Notes under the pieces: model-generated | The model's input: the letters and a program-made list of their open reading frames with translations, nothing else | The model's database searches: none | What the model was told of the DNA's origin: nothing | Origin: an uncultured Phycisphaerae bacterium | Lineage (GTDB): Bacteria; Planctomycetota; Phycisphaerae; UBA1845; PWPN01 | Assembly (NCBI GenBank): GCA_938005315.1 | Contig: CALLOB010000005.1 | Location: forward strand, 19,413 to 83,412 | DNA: 64,000 bases | Direction: 5' to 3' | Made by a program: the position numbers and the translations under genes | In this document: piece after piece, positions 9,414 to 19,763 of the stretch | Layout of the letters: every line of letters starts with the position of its first letter | How positions within the stretch are numbered: the first letter of the stretch is position 1

Positions 9414-10055
9414 ATGCACGAAGTCGGTGGCAGCTGTTGTCAGCCGGTGCTTCAGGTCGGGCAACCGGCCCCGGCGTTCAAGGGCCCGGCCGTGGTCGGC
9501 AGCCAGTTCGTGGATCTCAGCTATCAGAACGGCGTTCTGACCGTCGGGGACCAGAAGTTCACGGGGAAATACGTGGTGCTGTTTTTCTACCCGCTGGACT
9601 TCACCTTCGTCTGCCCGACCGAGATCATCGCCTTCAGCGACCGGATCGACGAGTTCGAGAAGATCGGGGCCAAGGTGGTCGGAACCTCGATCGACAGCAA
9701 GTATACGCACCTGGCCTGGAAGAACACGCCGCGCAACGCCGGCGGGCTGGGGGAGATCAAGTACCCGCTGCTGAGCGATCTGAACAAGGAAGCGGCGCAT
9801 GCCTACGGGGTTCTGCTGCCGGACGGCATCGCCGCCCGCGGGCTTTTCATCATAGACGACAAGGGCATCCTGCAGAGCTACACGGTCAACAACCTGGGCG
9901 TCGGCCGCAACGTGGACGAGGCCCTGCGGCTCATCCAGGCCTATCAGTACGTGGCCCGGCACGGCGAGGTCTGCCCGGCCAACTGGAAGCCCGGCGACAA
10001 AACCATGAAGCCCGATGTGGAGGGTTCCAAGAGCTACTTCAAGGACGTCAAGTAA
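9414..10055 (+). CDS. Typical 2-Cys peroxiredoxin (AhpC/TSA family)
   Basis: [15 protein letters not shown] carries the peroxidatic Cys and GEVCPANW the resolving Cys. The start is ATG 9414 after aaAGGAGGcttgttc. Confidence 0.9.
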   Translation: MHEVGGSCCQPVLQVGQPAPAFKGPAVVGSQFVDLSYQNGVLTVGDQKFTGKYVVLFFYPLDFTFVCPTEIIAFSDRIDEFEKIGAKVVGTSIDSKYTHLAWKNTPRNAGGLGEIKYPLLSDLNKEAAHAYGVLLPDGIAARGLFIIDDKGILQSYTVNNLGVGRNVDEALRLIQAYQYVARHGEVCPANWKPGDKTMKPDVEGSKSYFKDVK

Positions 10056-10094
10056 GCGCGTCGGCCTCAGGAAGGTCGCGCATCACCGCCTGCC

Positions 10095-10129
10095 CGCGAG
10101 CCGCGCTTCGTGCGGCTCGCGTTTTTTTT
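10095..10129 (+). terminator. Rho-independent terminator after the peroxiredoxin gene
   Basis: CGCGAGCCGC-gcttcgt-GCGGCTCGCG forms a perfect 10-bp stem, followed directly by T8. Confidence 0.75.
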
Positions 10130-10143
10130 CGCCGCCGACTAGC

Positions 10144-11850
10144 ATGGCCGATATGGCCCGGCCGAGCCTCTGGGATCGCCTACTTTTCTATCCGGCGCAG
10201 TGGCACGCCCGTGACGTCTACCGGCGATTCACCTCTGCGGCGCGACGGGCCACGGCCGTGCAGGAGCAGGTCCTGCGAGCGAAGATCCGGGCCGGCGTCG
10301 ACAGCGACTTCGGCCGCCAGCACGGCTTCGACCGGATCGGCTCGGCGGCCGATTTCACGCGGTGCGTTCCCATCCGGGACTACGAAGGCCACAGGCCCTG
10401 GATCGAGCGGGTCAAGTCCGGCGACCTGCGGGCCCTCTTCGGTCCCGGCGAGCGGGTGTTGATGTTCGCCCTGACCAGCGGCACCACGCAGGAACCCAAA
10501 TACATTCCCGTGACCGGCCGATTCCTGGCCGAGTACCGCCGCGGCTGGAACGCCTTCGGCATCAAGGCCCTGCTGGATCACCCGGCGGCGTTTCTGCGGG
10601 GCATCGTGCAGGTAACCTCGCGCATGGACGAGAGCCGCACCGCCGCGGGCATCCCCTGCGGGGCGATCACCGGCCTGATGGCCGCGACGCAGAAGCGGCT
10701 CGTGCGAAAGTACTATGTGACCCCCGAGTGCCTGGCCCGGATCGAGGATCCGGCCTCCAAGTACTACACCATCATGCGCCTGGCACTGCCGGCGGACGTG
10801 GCCTTCGTGATCACGGCCAGTCCGGCCACCCAGCTCAAGCTGGCCCGCGCCGGGGCCGAGCACAGCGCCGCGATCATCCGCGACGTGCACGACGGCACGC
10901 TGCGGGCGGACCTGGCGGTGCCGGGCTCGGTGCGCGAGGCCCTGCGTCCGCGGCTGCGGCCCGACCCGGCGGCGGCGGCGCGGCTGGAGCGCATCGCCGC
11001 GGCGCACGGCCGGCTGCTGCCGCGGCACTGCTGGAACCTGGCGTTCCTGGCCAACTGGACGGGCGGCACCATGGGGCTGTACCTGGCCGACTTTCCCGAG
11101 TACTTCGGCGACGTGCCGGTGCGGGACATCGGACTGCTGGCCAGCGAGGGCCGGGTATCGGTGCCCATCGAGGACGGCACGCCCGCCGGCGTGCTGGACG
11201 TCGGCAGCCACTTCTTCGAGTTCGTGCCCGCCGACCGGATCGACGAGCTTTCTCCTCCCGCATTGCGCAGCCACCAGCTGGACGTCGGCGGCGAGTATTT
11301 CGTGCTGCTGACCACTTCGTCGGGGCTGTACCGCTACGATCTTCGCGACCTGGTGCGGGTGGTCGGATTCTTCGGTGAGGCGCCGGTGATCGAGTTCCTC
11401 AACAAGGGCGACCACGTCTGCTCGCTGGCCGGCGAGAAGCTGACCGAACATCAGGTGGTCCTGGCCATGGAGCGGGCCGGCCGCCGGACCGGCGCGGTCG
11501 TCCACGGTTTCGTCCTGGCGCCGGTGTGGGGCACGCCGCCGCGCTATCGCCTGCACCTCGAGGCGACGGTGGCGGCCCGCCCGGAGCAGGCGGCGGAGCT
11601 GGCCGCGGCCCTGGACGACGAACTGGCGGCCGTGAACATCGAATACGCCTCCCGGCGGCGAAGCGGGCGACTCGAGGCGATGTGCGTCAACATCCTGCCC
11701 GATGGTTTCCTGGCCCGTGAGGACCGTGAACAGGCCGAGCGGCACCGGCGCGGCAACGAGCAGTACAAGCACCGCTACCTGCTCTGCCGGCCGGGCGAGG
11801 ACGACCGCTTTCCCCTGCAGCCGGACGTTCCCTCCCCGGCCCGGCGGTGA
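10144..11850 (+). CDS. GH3 (auxin-responsive promoter) family acyl-acid amido-synthetase-like protein
   Basis: Starts MADMARPSLWDRLLFYPAQW. The motif FALTSGTTQEPKYIPVT and the rest of the length look GH3-like. The start is ATG 10144, downstream of the terminator. Confidence 0.75.
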   Translation: MADMARPSLWDRLLFYPAQWHARDVYRRFTSAARRATAVQEQVLRAKIRAGVDSDFGRQHGFDRIGSAADFTRCVPIRDYEGHRPWIERVKSGDLRALFGPGERVLMFALTSGTTQEPKYIPVTGRFLAEYRRGWNAFGIKALLDHPAAFLRGIVQVTSRMDESRTAAGIPCGAITGLMAATQKRLVRKYYVTPECLARIEDPASKYYTIMRLALPADVAFVITASPATQLKLARAGAEHSAAIIRDVHDGTLRADLAVPGSVREALRPRLRPDPAAAARLERIAAAHGRLLPRHCWNLAFLANWTGGTMGLYLADFPEYFGDVPVRDIGLLASEGRVSVPIEDGTPAGVLDVGSHFFEFVPADRIDELSPPALRSHQLDVGGEYFVLLTTSSGLYRYDLRDLVRVVGFFGEAPVIEFLNKGDHVCSLAGEKLTEHQVVLAMERAGRRTGAVVHGFVLAPVWGTPPRYRLHLEATVAARPEQAAELAAALDDELAAVNIEYASRRRSGRLEAMCVNILPDGFLAREDREQAERHRRGNEQYKHRYLLCRPGEDDRFPLQPDVPSPARR

Positions 11851-11883
11851 GTGCCACCCTCTAAGGCACCCGCGCTCGCCGGG

Positions 11884-12681
11884 TCAGGGATGCGGATCGG
11901 ACATGCATCGCTCGAGAAAGGCCAGCAGCCGCGGGCGGGCCTCGTCGAACCGGTCCTGCATGGCCTCATAGTGGTTGGCCCGCTCCACCAGCCACAGTTC
12001 GCGCGGCTCGCCGGCGGCGGCGTAGAGCCGGCGGGCCATCGAGACCGGCACGATCTCGTCGGCCGTGCCGTGCATGATCAGGATTCCGCGGGGAGCGATC
12101 CGGGCCACGTGGTCGATCGGATCGAATCGCCGGCTGATGAACCACGGCACCCACCAGGCCAGCGGCAACAGCAGCGGACTGCGCAGGATGTGGTATCGGG
12201 CGACCCGCCGGTAGCTGTCAAACGCCCCGTCGACGACGAGTCCCCGGATTTCGCTTCGCCGGGCGGCCAGCACGATGCCCACGGCCCCGCCCAGCGACTG
12301 GCCGAAGGCCGCCACGCGGGCCGGATCGACGTCGCTGCGGGCCAGCAGGAAGTCCAGCGCCGCGCAGGCGTCGTCCAACGTGCCGGCCCGGGTGACCCGG
12401 CCGGTGGATCGGCCATAACCGCGGTAGTCGAAGCAGAGTACGTTCCAGTGGTCGGCCGGCAGCCAGGCGACGTGCTGAAAGTGCCCCGTGACATTGCCCG
12501 CGTTGCCGTGGAGGTGGAGAATCGTGCCGGCGGCGGGGGGTCGTCGGGCGGGGAAGAACCAGCCGTGGAGCCGGACGCCCGCAGTGGAGCGAATGGCGAC
12601 CGTCTCGAAGGACAACCCCAGATCGGCCGGCGAGCCGTAATCGCAGCGATTGGGATGATAGAAGAAGCGGTCCAGCCCCAT
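11884..12681 (-). CDS. Alpha/beta hydrolase (BAAT/prolyl-oligopeptidase-like serine hydrolase)
   Basis: Starts MGLDRFFYHP. Contains HLHGNAGN, the nucleophile elbow GQSLGG, HGTADEIVP and NHYE. The ORF-track 415-aa form is trimmed to ATG 12681. Confidence 0.75.
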   Translation of the reverse strand: MGLDRFFYHPNRCDYGSPADLGLSFETVAIRSTAGVRLHGWFFPARRPPAAGTILHLHGNAGNVTGHFQHVAWLPADHWNVLCFDYRGYGRSTGRVTRAGTLDDACAALDFLLARSDVDPARVAAFGQSLGGAVGIVLAARRSEIRGLVVDGAFDSYRRVARYHILRSPLLLPLAWWVPWFISRRFDPIDHVARIAPRGILIMHGTADEIVPVSMARRLYAAAGEPRELWLVERANHYEAMQDRFDEARPRLLAFLERCMSDPHP

Positions 12682-12708
12682 CGTGCCGCGAGTGTAGGCC
12701 AAACGGCC

Positions 12709-14058
12709 GTGTCGGAAAACCCGGGCCGTTCGCCGGACCCGGCGGGCGGGCCCCGCCGCCGGCAGAAACCGGCACCCTCCGACGGCCGACGGCTTCCCGC
12801 GAGACGATCCCGGCCCGAGCGGCCGGGCACGGGCCGCATCCGCCGCTTTCGTGCCCGGTTGCTGGCGTGGTACGACGCGCACCGCCGGGATCTTCCCTGG
12901 CGCCGCCGGCCCGACGACGCCTGGGCCCAGCTGGTGGCCGAGTTCATGCTCCAACAGACGCAGGTCGCCACCGTCACCGCCTACTACGAGCGGTTCCTGC
13001 GGCGTTTCCCCACGGTGGAGTCCCTGGCCCGGGCCCCGCAGGAGGCTGTCCTGGCCCTGTGGTCGGGCCTGGGCTATTACCGCCGCGCGAGGATGCTTCA
13101 CGAGGCGGCCCGGCGCATTGTTCGGGAGCACGGCGGCGAGGTGCCCTCGACGGTGGATGAACTGGCCCGGCTGCCGGGCATCGGGCGCTACACGGCCGGC
13201 GCCATCGCCAGTATCGTTTTCGGGCGGCGGGAACCGGTGCTGGACGGCAACGTCCGGCGGGTGTTGATCCGCTGGCAGGCAACCGACGGAGACCCGGACG
13301 CGCCGGACCTGCGGAAGCGGTTATGGGACCTGGCCGAGGCGCTGGTTCCGCGGCGGCGACCGGGGGACTTCAACCAGTCGCTGATGGAACTGGGCGCGAC
13401 GGTCTGCACGCCGCGGGCGCCGGGCTGCGGCGTCTGTCCGCTGCGGCGGTCCTGCGCTGCCCGACGCCTGGGACTGACGGAGATCCTTCCGCGAGCGAAA
13501 CGGCGCCGGACTCCGGAAGCTTTGAACATCGTCGCTCTGGCGGTCGAGCGGGACGGACGGCTGCTGTTCGTGCGGCGCCCGGCCAGGGGGCTCTGGGGCG
13601 GGCTCTGGGATCTGCCCACGGAAGCGGTCGCTTGCGGTGAGCGACCGACACAGGCTCTCAGGCGGCTGGTCCGGAGGCTTGCGGGCGGCCGCCGGGCGGT
13701 CGGCCGGCCGGTCGGGCGGATCACGCGTCTGCTGACCCACCGCAAAGTGACGTTCCGCCTTTACCGCCTGACCGGCACGCCCGCGGCGCGGGGCATTCCT
13801 GCGGGCCGGCGGGCCGGCGACACCGGTTACCGATGGCTGAAGCCCGACGAATCCGGCCGGGTGGGCGTGAGCCGCGCGGTACAGTCGCTGATCGCGATGC
13901 TGGACCGGCACCGATCCCGTAGGCGGTTCAGGCGGCCGGAGGCCGACCGGCCGGGGCGTCGTTCCAGAGATCAGCTTCAGGGTGCCGCCGCGGAGGAGGC
14001 TGGCGAGGAGTCGGGCTGCGGCACGGTCAGCCTCACCGGCACTTCCACCGACGGCTGA
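12709..14058 (+). CDS. mutY: A/G-specific adenine DNA glycosylase
   Basis: Contains LLAWYDAHRRDLPWR, FMLQQTQV and the HhH motif LPGIGRYTAGAI. The 4Fe-4S ligands follow CTPRAPGCGVCPLRRSC (C-x6-C-x2-C-x5-C). A NUDIX-like C-terminal part is present. The start is uncertain: GTG 12709 or TTG ~12859. The upstream part of ORF 11851..14058 is antisense to the hydrolase. Confidence 0.75.
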   Translation: MSENPGRSPDPAGGPRRRQKPAPSDGRRLPARRSRPERPGTGRIRRFRARLLAWYDAHRRDLPWRRRPDDAWAQLVAEFMLQQTQVATVTAYYERFLRRFPTVESLARAPQEAVLALWSGLGYYRRARMLHEAARRIVREHGGEVPSTVDELARLPGIGRYTAGAIASIVFGRREPVLDGNVRRVLIRWQATDGDPDAPDLRKRLWDLAEALVPRRRPGDFNQSLMELGATVCTPRAPGCGVCPLRRSCAARRLGLTEILPRAKRRRTPEALNIVALAVERDGRLLFVRRPARGLWGGLWDLPTEAVACGERPTQALRRLVRRLAGGRRAVGRPVGRITRLLTHRKVTFRLYRLTGTPAARGIPAGRRAGDTGYRWLKPDESGRVGVSRAVQSLIAMLDRHRSRRRFRRPEADRPGRRSRDQLQGAAAEEAGEESGCGTVSLTGTSTDG

Positions 14059-16229
14059 GTCGCGCAGTCGGCCGGAACGGTGATCGACGCGCGGTGTTCC
14101 CCCGGCTCGAAGGGACCGTGGGCCTCGATGATCAGCATGGTGTAGGCCTCCTGCGGCGTGGGCTTCAGCACGGCCGAGAACCTGGGGGACGAGGATACGG
14201 GCGGACCGAACTTCACGCCGCCGGGGGCGTTCCAGACCAGCGTGACCAGCCGGGGAACGGAGTGGGTCTGGGGGTTGTCGGAAAAGTCCGCGCCGTCCGG
14301 CGGGTCGACCTCCAGGAAGGGGCGGGTCTGGCCGGTGACGGTCAGATGCACGTCGGGCTGGTTGAGGTCGTCGGTCCTGATCTGCAGGGCGTGAACGAAG
14401 GGCCGCGGCTCGGACGGCGTCGTGAACGTGCAGTTCACGAACCCGTCGGCGCCGGGCTCGACCACCGTCGAGTGATCGGGCAGGATTTTGAGATCCGGTG
14501 AGGGGTTGAGGCTGAGAATCCGCAGCGGGTTCAGCCCGATGTTGCGGAAGCGGAAGGTGTACCGGACCGGCTCCGACAGGCGCACGAGACCGACGTCGTG
14601 CCGGCTGGACTCGACATAGCAGGCCGGTCGGATGCTGGAGGCCGGCTGGTCGAGCGGATCGAGGTTCACGGCCGAGGCCATCATCGGCGCGAAGGGCACA
14701 CTGGGAAAGGCGTCGCGCCCCTTGCCGGCCAGCAGAACGTCCAGCTGGGCGGCGATGTTCTCGGCCAGGCGGTGATGCTCCGGAGGGGGCATTCCGCGGT
14801 GCACGGCACGGACCACCCCCTCCCGGTCGATCACCACCACGAGGGGCACACGGGTAGCTCCGTAGGCGCGAATCGCCTGCCGCTTGCGGTCCAGGCGGAC
14901 GGGGCCGGGCACGTTCATCGCCCTGGCCACGGCCTGGACCTCCTCGGGCGTCGTCAGCTGGTCCACGGCGACCTGCACGAAATCGACGTCCCTGCGGGCG
15001 TACCGGCGGGCGAGGTCGGCGATGATCGGGACCTGACGTCGCGAGCTGGAGCACCAGGTCGCCCAGAAGTTGAGCACCGTGAGCCGGCCGGCCGGCTCGA
15101 TCCGGACCTGCTGACCGGCGGCATCGGTCAGCTCCAGCACCGGCGCGGGCCGATCGATCAGGGCCTCGGCGCTGGCCGCCGGGACGGGAGGCGGCGGCTC
15201 CTCGCGGCCGGTCATGACCGGAACGACGATCGCGGGCCGCTGCTCGAGATCGGTGCGGATCGTGAGCTGGAGGGGCTGGCCGCGGGGCGGCTGGTAGCCG
15301 GGCGGAAAGGTCGCGACGATGCGGTAGTCCCGGCCGGGTCTGGTGACTTCGACGCGGATGGGGATCTGGGGATCGGTAAACTCCGTCGCCAGAACCTCCA
15401 TTGAGCCGGCGTGGTTGTAGCGCAGCAGGACGGTGCGTTCGAAGGGTTTGTCCGGGGCGGCGGTCAGCAGGAGCCGGTTGGGCACCACTTCCACCAGCGC
15501 CGGGCTGAACAGCGAGCAGGGAATGACCAGCTCGGGCTGATCGTCCAGGCCGGTGCTCAGACGGATCTGGGCGGCGTTGAAGCCCTCCCGGAACGGCGGC
15601 ACGGCGGTGATGGTGAGCTCGGCGACCCGGCCGGGCTCGGTTTCGCGCAGCTCCGCGCGGAAGGGGTTCCCGTCGGCCGGCGGCAGAACGGCCAGCCGCA
15701 TGGGGGTGTCGGTGCGGTTGCGGATCGTCAGCCTGCGAACCAGCGAGCTGTCGGGGTTGATCCGGCCCCAGGAGGCCCCCGCGGTCGGCTCGACCTCCAG
15801 GCGCGGGGTCAGTTCAGCCCCGATGGTCAGGACGACCTCGGGAGCGGCCGGGTCGTTGGTGTCCACGTGAATCTGCTTGGCGTTTCGTCCTTTGGCGTTG
15901 GCCGAAGTGGTCAGGATGATGCGGACCCGGCCCGTGCCCCCCGGGGCGATGGTCCGGTCGTAGTCCGGGGCGACGGTGCATCCGCACGTCGAGCGTACGT
16001 TGAGGATCTGCAGTTCGGCCTGGCCGTCGTTGGCGATGACGAAATCATGTTCGACCTTGTCGCCGGCCCAGGCGTTCTTCGCGATGTACTCGGGCTGGTC
16101 GCAGCGGAGCCGCGGGACCGGACCGGCCGGAGCCGTGGAGGTCGCCGGCGGCGCTTCGCCCGGCGGTTCGGCGGCGACCGCCAGTACGGCCAGAGTACAG
16201 ACGGCAAACACGATGCCCGGACGCTGCAT
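13977..16229 (-). CDS. Secreted multi-domain DUF1573-type (Ig-like) protein with an embedded TlpA/thioredoxin-like domain
   Basis: It has a signal peptide (MQRPGIVFAVCTLAVLAVAA). The DUF1573 signature is FVIANDGQAELQILNVRSTCGCTV. The central segment LTVLNFWATWCSSSRRQVPIIADL...VPLVVVIDREGVV is thioredoxin-fold-like. Confidence 0.7.
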   Translation of the reverse strand: MQRPGIVFAVCTLAVLAVAAEPPGEAPPATSTAPAGPVPRLRCDQPEYIAKNAWAGDKVEHDFVIANDGQAELQILNVRSTCGCTVAPDYDRTIAPGGTGRVRIILTTSANAKGRNAKQIHVDTNDPAAPEVVLTIGAELTPRLEVEPTAGASWGRINPDSSLVRRLTIRNRTDTPMRLAVLPPADGNPFRAELRETEPGRVAELTITAVPPFREGFNAAQIRLSTGLDDQPELVIPCSLFSPALVEVVPNRLLLTAAPDKPFERTVLLRYNHAGSMEVLATEFTDPQIPIRVEVTRPGRDYRIVATFPPGYQPPRGQPLQLTIRTDLEQRPAIVVPVMTGREEPPPPVPAASAEALIDRPAPVLELTDAAGQQVRIEPAGRLTVLNFWATWCSSSRRQVPIIADLARRYARRDVDFVQVAVDQLTTPEEVQAVARAMNVPGPVRLDRKRQAIRAYGATRVPLVVVIDREGVVRAVHRGMPPPEHHRLAENIAAQLDVLLAGKGRDAFPSVPFAPMMASAVNLDPLDQPASSIRPACYVESSRHDVGLVRLSEPVRYTFRFRNIGLNPLRILSLNPSPDLKILPDHSTVVEPGADGFVNCTFTTPSEPRPFVHALQIRTDDLNQPDVHLTVTGQTRPFLEVDPPDGADFSDNPQTHSVPRLVTLVWNAPGGVKFGPPVSSSPRFSAVLKPTPQEAYTMLIIEAHGPFEPGEHRASITVPADCATQPSVEVPVRLTVPQPDSSPASSAAAP

Positions 16230-16528
16230 GGCGTTTCCTCCCGGCGACCGGCGCGCCCGGGATTCCGCCCCGGCACGCAGCCACCTTCATTTCTCCGCAT
16301 CGCGGTCATCATAAGGGCACGGCGAACCGTCGCTCAAGCAGGCAAGCCTGCGCCGGCAGCGACATCCGGGCGCGCCTTCTTGCCGCCGCGCGCCGGCGGC
16401 GCTATCATGGGCCCGCGGATCGGGCAACAAGACGGGCGGACGCGCGCCGGCCGCACGAAGCCGCTGCGGTCCGCGTCCCGCGGCCTCGCGCCGCCACGCC
16501 GCCGGATCCGGAAATCCGGGAGCCGTGC

Positions 16529-17233
16529 TTGGCAAGGCTGTCCATCGTCATTCCCGTGTACAACGAGGCGGCCACGCTGCCGGAGATCGTGCGGCGGGTG
16601 TTCGCCGCGCCGGTAGAGCTGGAAAAGGAAGTGATCCTCGTGGACGACGGCTCGACGGACGGCACCCGAGAACTGTATGACGCCATCCGACGGGAGCACG
16701 CCGATCGGAAGCTGAAAGTCCTGCTCCACGAGCGCAACCGCGGCAAGGGGGCGGCGCTGCGGACGGGCTTCGCCGAGGCCACCGGCGACATCGTGCTGAT
16801 CCAGGACGCCGACCTGGAGTACGACCCGGCGGACTACCCCCGCCTGCTGGCCCCGATCCTGCGGGGGCTGGCCGACGTGGTCTACGGCTCGCGGTTCGTG
16901 GGCGGCGAGGCCCACAGAGTGCTTTTATTCTGGCACATGATCGGCAATCGCCTGCTGACGCTGGTCTCGAACGCCCTGACCAACCTCAACCTCACCGACA
17001 TGGAGACCTGCTACAAGGTGTTCCGGGCCGAGGTCCTCAGGGGCCTGCGGATCCGCAGCGACCGGTTCGAGTTCGAGCCGGAGATCACCGCCAAGGTCGC
17101 CCGGGGCGGCTGGCGGATCTACGAGGTGGGCATCAGCTACGCCGGTCGCGATTACGCGGAAGGCAAGAAAATCACCTGGATCGACGGGCTGAAGGCCGTC
17201 GGAGCGATCATCCGCTACCGCTTCTTCGACTGA
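16529..17233 (+). CDS. Family 2 glycosyltransferase (polyprenyl-phosphate sugar synthase-like)
   Basis: TTG start. Contains LSIVIPVYNE, VDDGSTDGT, IQDADLEYDP and a GT2 core. Confidence 0.8.
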   Translation: MARLSIVIPVYNEAATLPEIVRRVFAAPVELEKEVILVDDGSTDGTRELYDAIRREHADRKLKVLLHERNRGKGAALRTGFAEATGDIVLIQDADLEYDPADYPRLLAPILRGLADVVYGSRFVGGEAHRVLLFWHMIGNRLLTLVSNALTNLNLTDMETCYKVFRAEVLRGLRIRSDRFEFEPEITAKVARGGWRIYEVGISYAGRDYAEGKKITWIDGLKAVGAIIRYRFFD

Positions 17234-17274
17234 ACGCCGTGCCGGGCGGGGCCGCCGGCCCGATGGAGAAGGGC

Positions 17275-18369
17275 ATGAAACTGATCAACGTCTGCGGGGC
17301 CCGCCCCAATTTCATGAAGATCGCGCCGCTGATGCGGGCCTACCGGGCGCATCCGGGCATCGCTCCGCTGCTGGTGCACACCGGTCAGCACTACGACGAG
17401 AAGATGAGCCGGCTCTTCTTCGACGAGCTCGAAATACCCCGGCCGGACATCAATCTGGAGGTCGGCAGCGGCTCGCACGCCCGCCAGACCGCGGCCATCC
17501 TGGAGCGTTTCGAGCCGGTGCTGCTGGAACACCGCCCGGACGCCGTGCTGGTGGTCGGCGACGTCAACTCGACGGTGGCCTGCGCCCTGGCCGCGGCCAA
17601 GCTCGGGGCGGCCGTCTTCCACGTGGAGGCCGGCCTGCGGAGCTTCGACCGCCGCATGCCCGAGGAGATCAACCGGGTGCTGACCGACGCGATCAGCGAC
17701 CTGCTGTTCGTCAGCGAGCCCAGCGGGCTGGAGAACCTGCGCCGCGAGGGAATCCCCGAACACCGGATCCACTTCGTCGGCAACGTCATGATCGACACGC
17801 TGGAGCGCTGCCGGGAACGCGCCGCGGCCTCGGGCATTCTGGAGGCCCTCGGCCTGGAACCGGGGAACTATGCGGTTCTCACGCTGCACCGACCCTCCAA
17901 TGTGGACGACCCGGCGGTTCTGGCCGGTCTGGTGGGGGCCTTGGAGGAGATCCAGCGGGACCTGCCGGTGGCCTTTCCGATCCACCCCAGGACGCGCAAG
18001 TCGCTGGCCTGTGCCGGGCTGGAGAACAGGATCAAGGCGATGTCGGGACTGCGGCTGCTGGATCCGCTGGGTTACCTGGATTTCCTGCGGCTGATGTCCG
18101 AGGCGGCGGTGGTGCTGACCGACTCCGGCGGCATCCAGGAGGAAACGACGATCCTGGGGGTCCCGTGCCTGACCTTGCGCGACAGCACCGAGCGACCGGT
18201 GACCATCGCCGAGGGCACGAACCGGCTGGTGGGGATGGATCCCGACCGGCTTCTGGCCGGCTATCGCGAGGCCCGGCGGCAGGGCCGCCGCAGCGGTCGT
18301 CGGCCGGAGAAATGGGATGGCCGGGCGGCCGAACGCATCGCGGCCGTTCTGGCCGACTGGCACCGCTGA
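17275..18369 (+). CDS. wecB: UDP-N-acetylglucosamine 2-epimerase (non-hydrolysing)
   Basis: Starts MKLINVCGARPNFMKIAPL. Contains HTGQHYD, GSGSHARQTA, VVGDVNST, HVEAGLRSFDRRMPEEINR and DSGGIQEE. The start is ATG 17275 after GGAGAAGggc. Confidence 0.85.
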   Translation: MKLINVCGARPNFMKIAPLMRAYRAHPGIAPLLVHTGQHYDEKMSRLFFDELEIPRPDINLEVGSGSHARQTAAILERFEPVLLEHRPDAVLVVGDVNSTVACALAAAKLGAAVFHVEAGLRSFDRRMPEEINRVLTDAISDLLFVSEPSGLENLRREGIPEHRIHFVGNVMIDTLERCRERAAASGILEALGLEPGNYAVLTLHRPSNVDDPAVLAGLVGALEEIQRDLPVAFPIHPRTRKSLACAGLENRIKAMSGLRLLDPLGYLDFLRLMSEAAVVLTDSGGIQEETTILGVPCLTLRDSTERPVTIAEGTNRLVGMDPDRLLAGYREARRQGRRSGRRPEKWDGRAAERIAAVLADWHR

Positions 18370-18452
18370 GCAGGGGAAAGCGGGATGTTGAGCCGGGGCC
18401 GGCCGGGTGCGGGTCGGGCTCGACCCCCCTCCGGAAAGGGGACCCGACGGCG

Positions 18453-18481
18453 TTGCGGTGGGTGAGAAGCGGCTTTATAAT
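18453..18481 (+). promoter_or_regulatory. Candidate sigma-70-like promoter upstream of the bamD-like gene
   Basis: TTGCGG-17 nt-TATAAT lies ~140 nt upstream of ATG 18621. Confidence 0.3.
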
Positions 18482-18620
18482 CCCACCCACGACTGGCTAA
18501 GTGGCGATGATTCCGTCGGTTAGCGATGATGCCGCCGGGCCGCGGGCTGCAAGGCGATGGGCCGGTGTTCGGCGTGTGCCGAACGCCCGCGCAACGAAGC
18601 GGCTGCCAGGGAAACACAGG

Positions 18621-19763
18621 ATGGCCATACCCGCCCGCTTGAGATTCACGTTCGCGCCCGACCGCCGCGCGGGGCCGGCATCGTCGGGCGTGCTCTGCAT
18701 GGGGCTGGCCTGCCTGGTTCTGTGCGCGGGCCAAGCGAACGGCGAGGTCGAGCGCGGCGAGCGTCTGACGTTCGATCCGCAGACCGAGCAGTGGCGGCGG
18801 GTCGCCGAGCCGATCCCGGGTACGCCGGACGGCGACCTGGATCTCGCCCGCCGGCTGGTGGCCCAGGAGCGCTATCCCGAGGCGCTCAAAGCCTTGGAGA
18901 AATGGATCAAGACCTACGGCGCCGAGCCGGACCGGTACCCCGAGGCGCTGTATCTGAAGGCCTCCTGCCTCCTGGAAACCGGCGAATACCGCGACGCTCA
19001 CGACGCCTACAGCGCCCTGCTCAATGATTTCCCCGGCTCCATCTACGCCGAGCGGGCCCTTTCGGGCGAATTCCGGGTAGCCGAACAGTACCTGGCGGGC
19101 AAGCGCAAGAAGATCTGGGGCGGTCTGTTGCGTTTCAAGAACCGGGACGGCGGCGTGGAGATCCTCGACGACATGATCGTGAACTACGCCGACACGCCGC
19201 TGGCCGAGAAAGCCCAGCGGGCCAAGGCGGACTATTACTTCTCCCGCGGGGAGTTCGAGCTGGCCGAGGACGAGTACGCGGTCTTTACCCGAGATTACCC
19301 GCGCAGTCGCTGGCACCCCTACGCGCTTCTGCAGAGTGCCCGGGCGGCGCTGGCCAGCTTTCCGGGCGTGAAGTTCGACGACGCGCCGCTGCTGGAGGCC
19401 CAGGAGCGGTTCACCGAGTTTCTGCGAACCTACCCGGATCAGGCGCGCGAGCTGGACGTCCCGGTGCTGCTGGACGAGATCGCCAACCGCCGGGCGGAGA
19501 AGACGCTAGAAATCGCCCGGTTCTACGACAAGACCAGGCAGATCAACGCGGCACGGTATTATTATCGACAGACGGCGGCCCGGTGGCCGGACTCGCCGGC
19601 GGCCCTGCAGGCCCGGGCGCGGCTGGAAGCCCTGGGCGGAGCGGTGGAGCAACCGCTCGACGAGGCGGCCGCGGACACTGCTGCTCGAACGGGACCGTCG
19701 GCCGGAGGGGCCTCGCGAGGCGGGTCCGGAGGGGCACCGGCCGGATGGGATCGACGCGGATGA
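18621..19763 (+). CDS. bamD: BamD/YfiO-like TPR outer-membrane assembly lipoprotein
   Basis: TPR-like repeats have the BamD-style pattern ([84 protein letters not shown]). A hydrophobic N-terminus is present. The C-terminal tail is low-complexity. Confidence 0.55.
   Translation: MAIPARLRFTFAPDRRAGPASSGVLCMGLACLVLCAGQANGEVERGERLTFDPQTEQWRRVAEPIPGTPDGDLDLARRLVAQERYPEALKALEKWIKTYGAEPDRYPEALYLKASCLLETGEYRDAHDAYSALLNDFPGSIYAERALSGEFRVAEQYLAGKRKKIWGGLLRFKNRDGGVEILDDMIVNYADTPLAEKAQRAKADYYFSRGEFELAEDEYAVFTRDYPRSRWHPYALLQSARAALASFPGVKFDDAPLLEAQERFTEFLRTYPDQARELDVPVLLDEIANRRAEKTLEIARFYDKTRQINAARYYYRQTAARWPDSPAALQARARLEALGGAVEQPLDEAAADTAARTGPSAGGASRGGSGGAPAGWDRRG

Noticed and set aside
11851-14058. The 735-aa + ORF read as a single protein.
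   Set aside because: Its first ~285 codons are antisense to the alpha/beta hydrolase gene and look like low-complexity sequence. Only the 3' part (from ~12709 or ~12859) is MutY. The same logic applied to ORFs 41995..44940, 39485..41491, 46462..48573, 50398..52710, 57185..59287 and 27231..28748, where only the 3' portions are real genes.
13977-14058. The 82-bp convergent overlap of the mutY and DUF1573-gene 3' ends as a regulatory antisense arrangement.
   Set aside because: It is most simply explained by late stop codons in GC-rich sequence. The MutY tail after the NUDIX-like domain looks low-complexity. There is no additional evidence.
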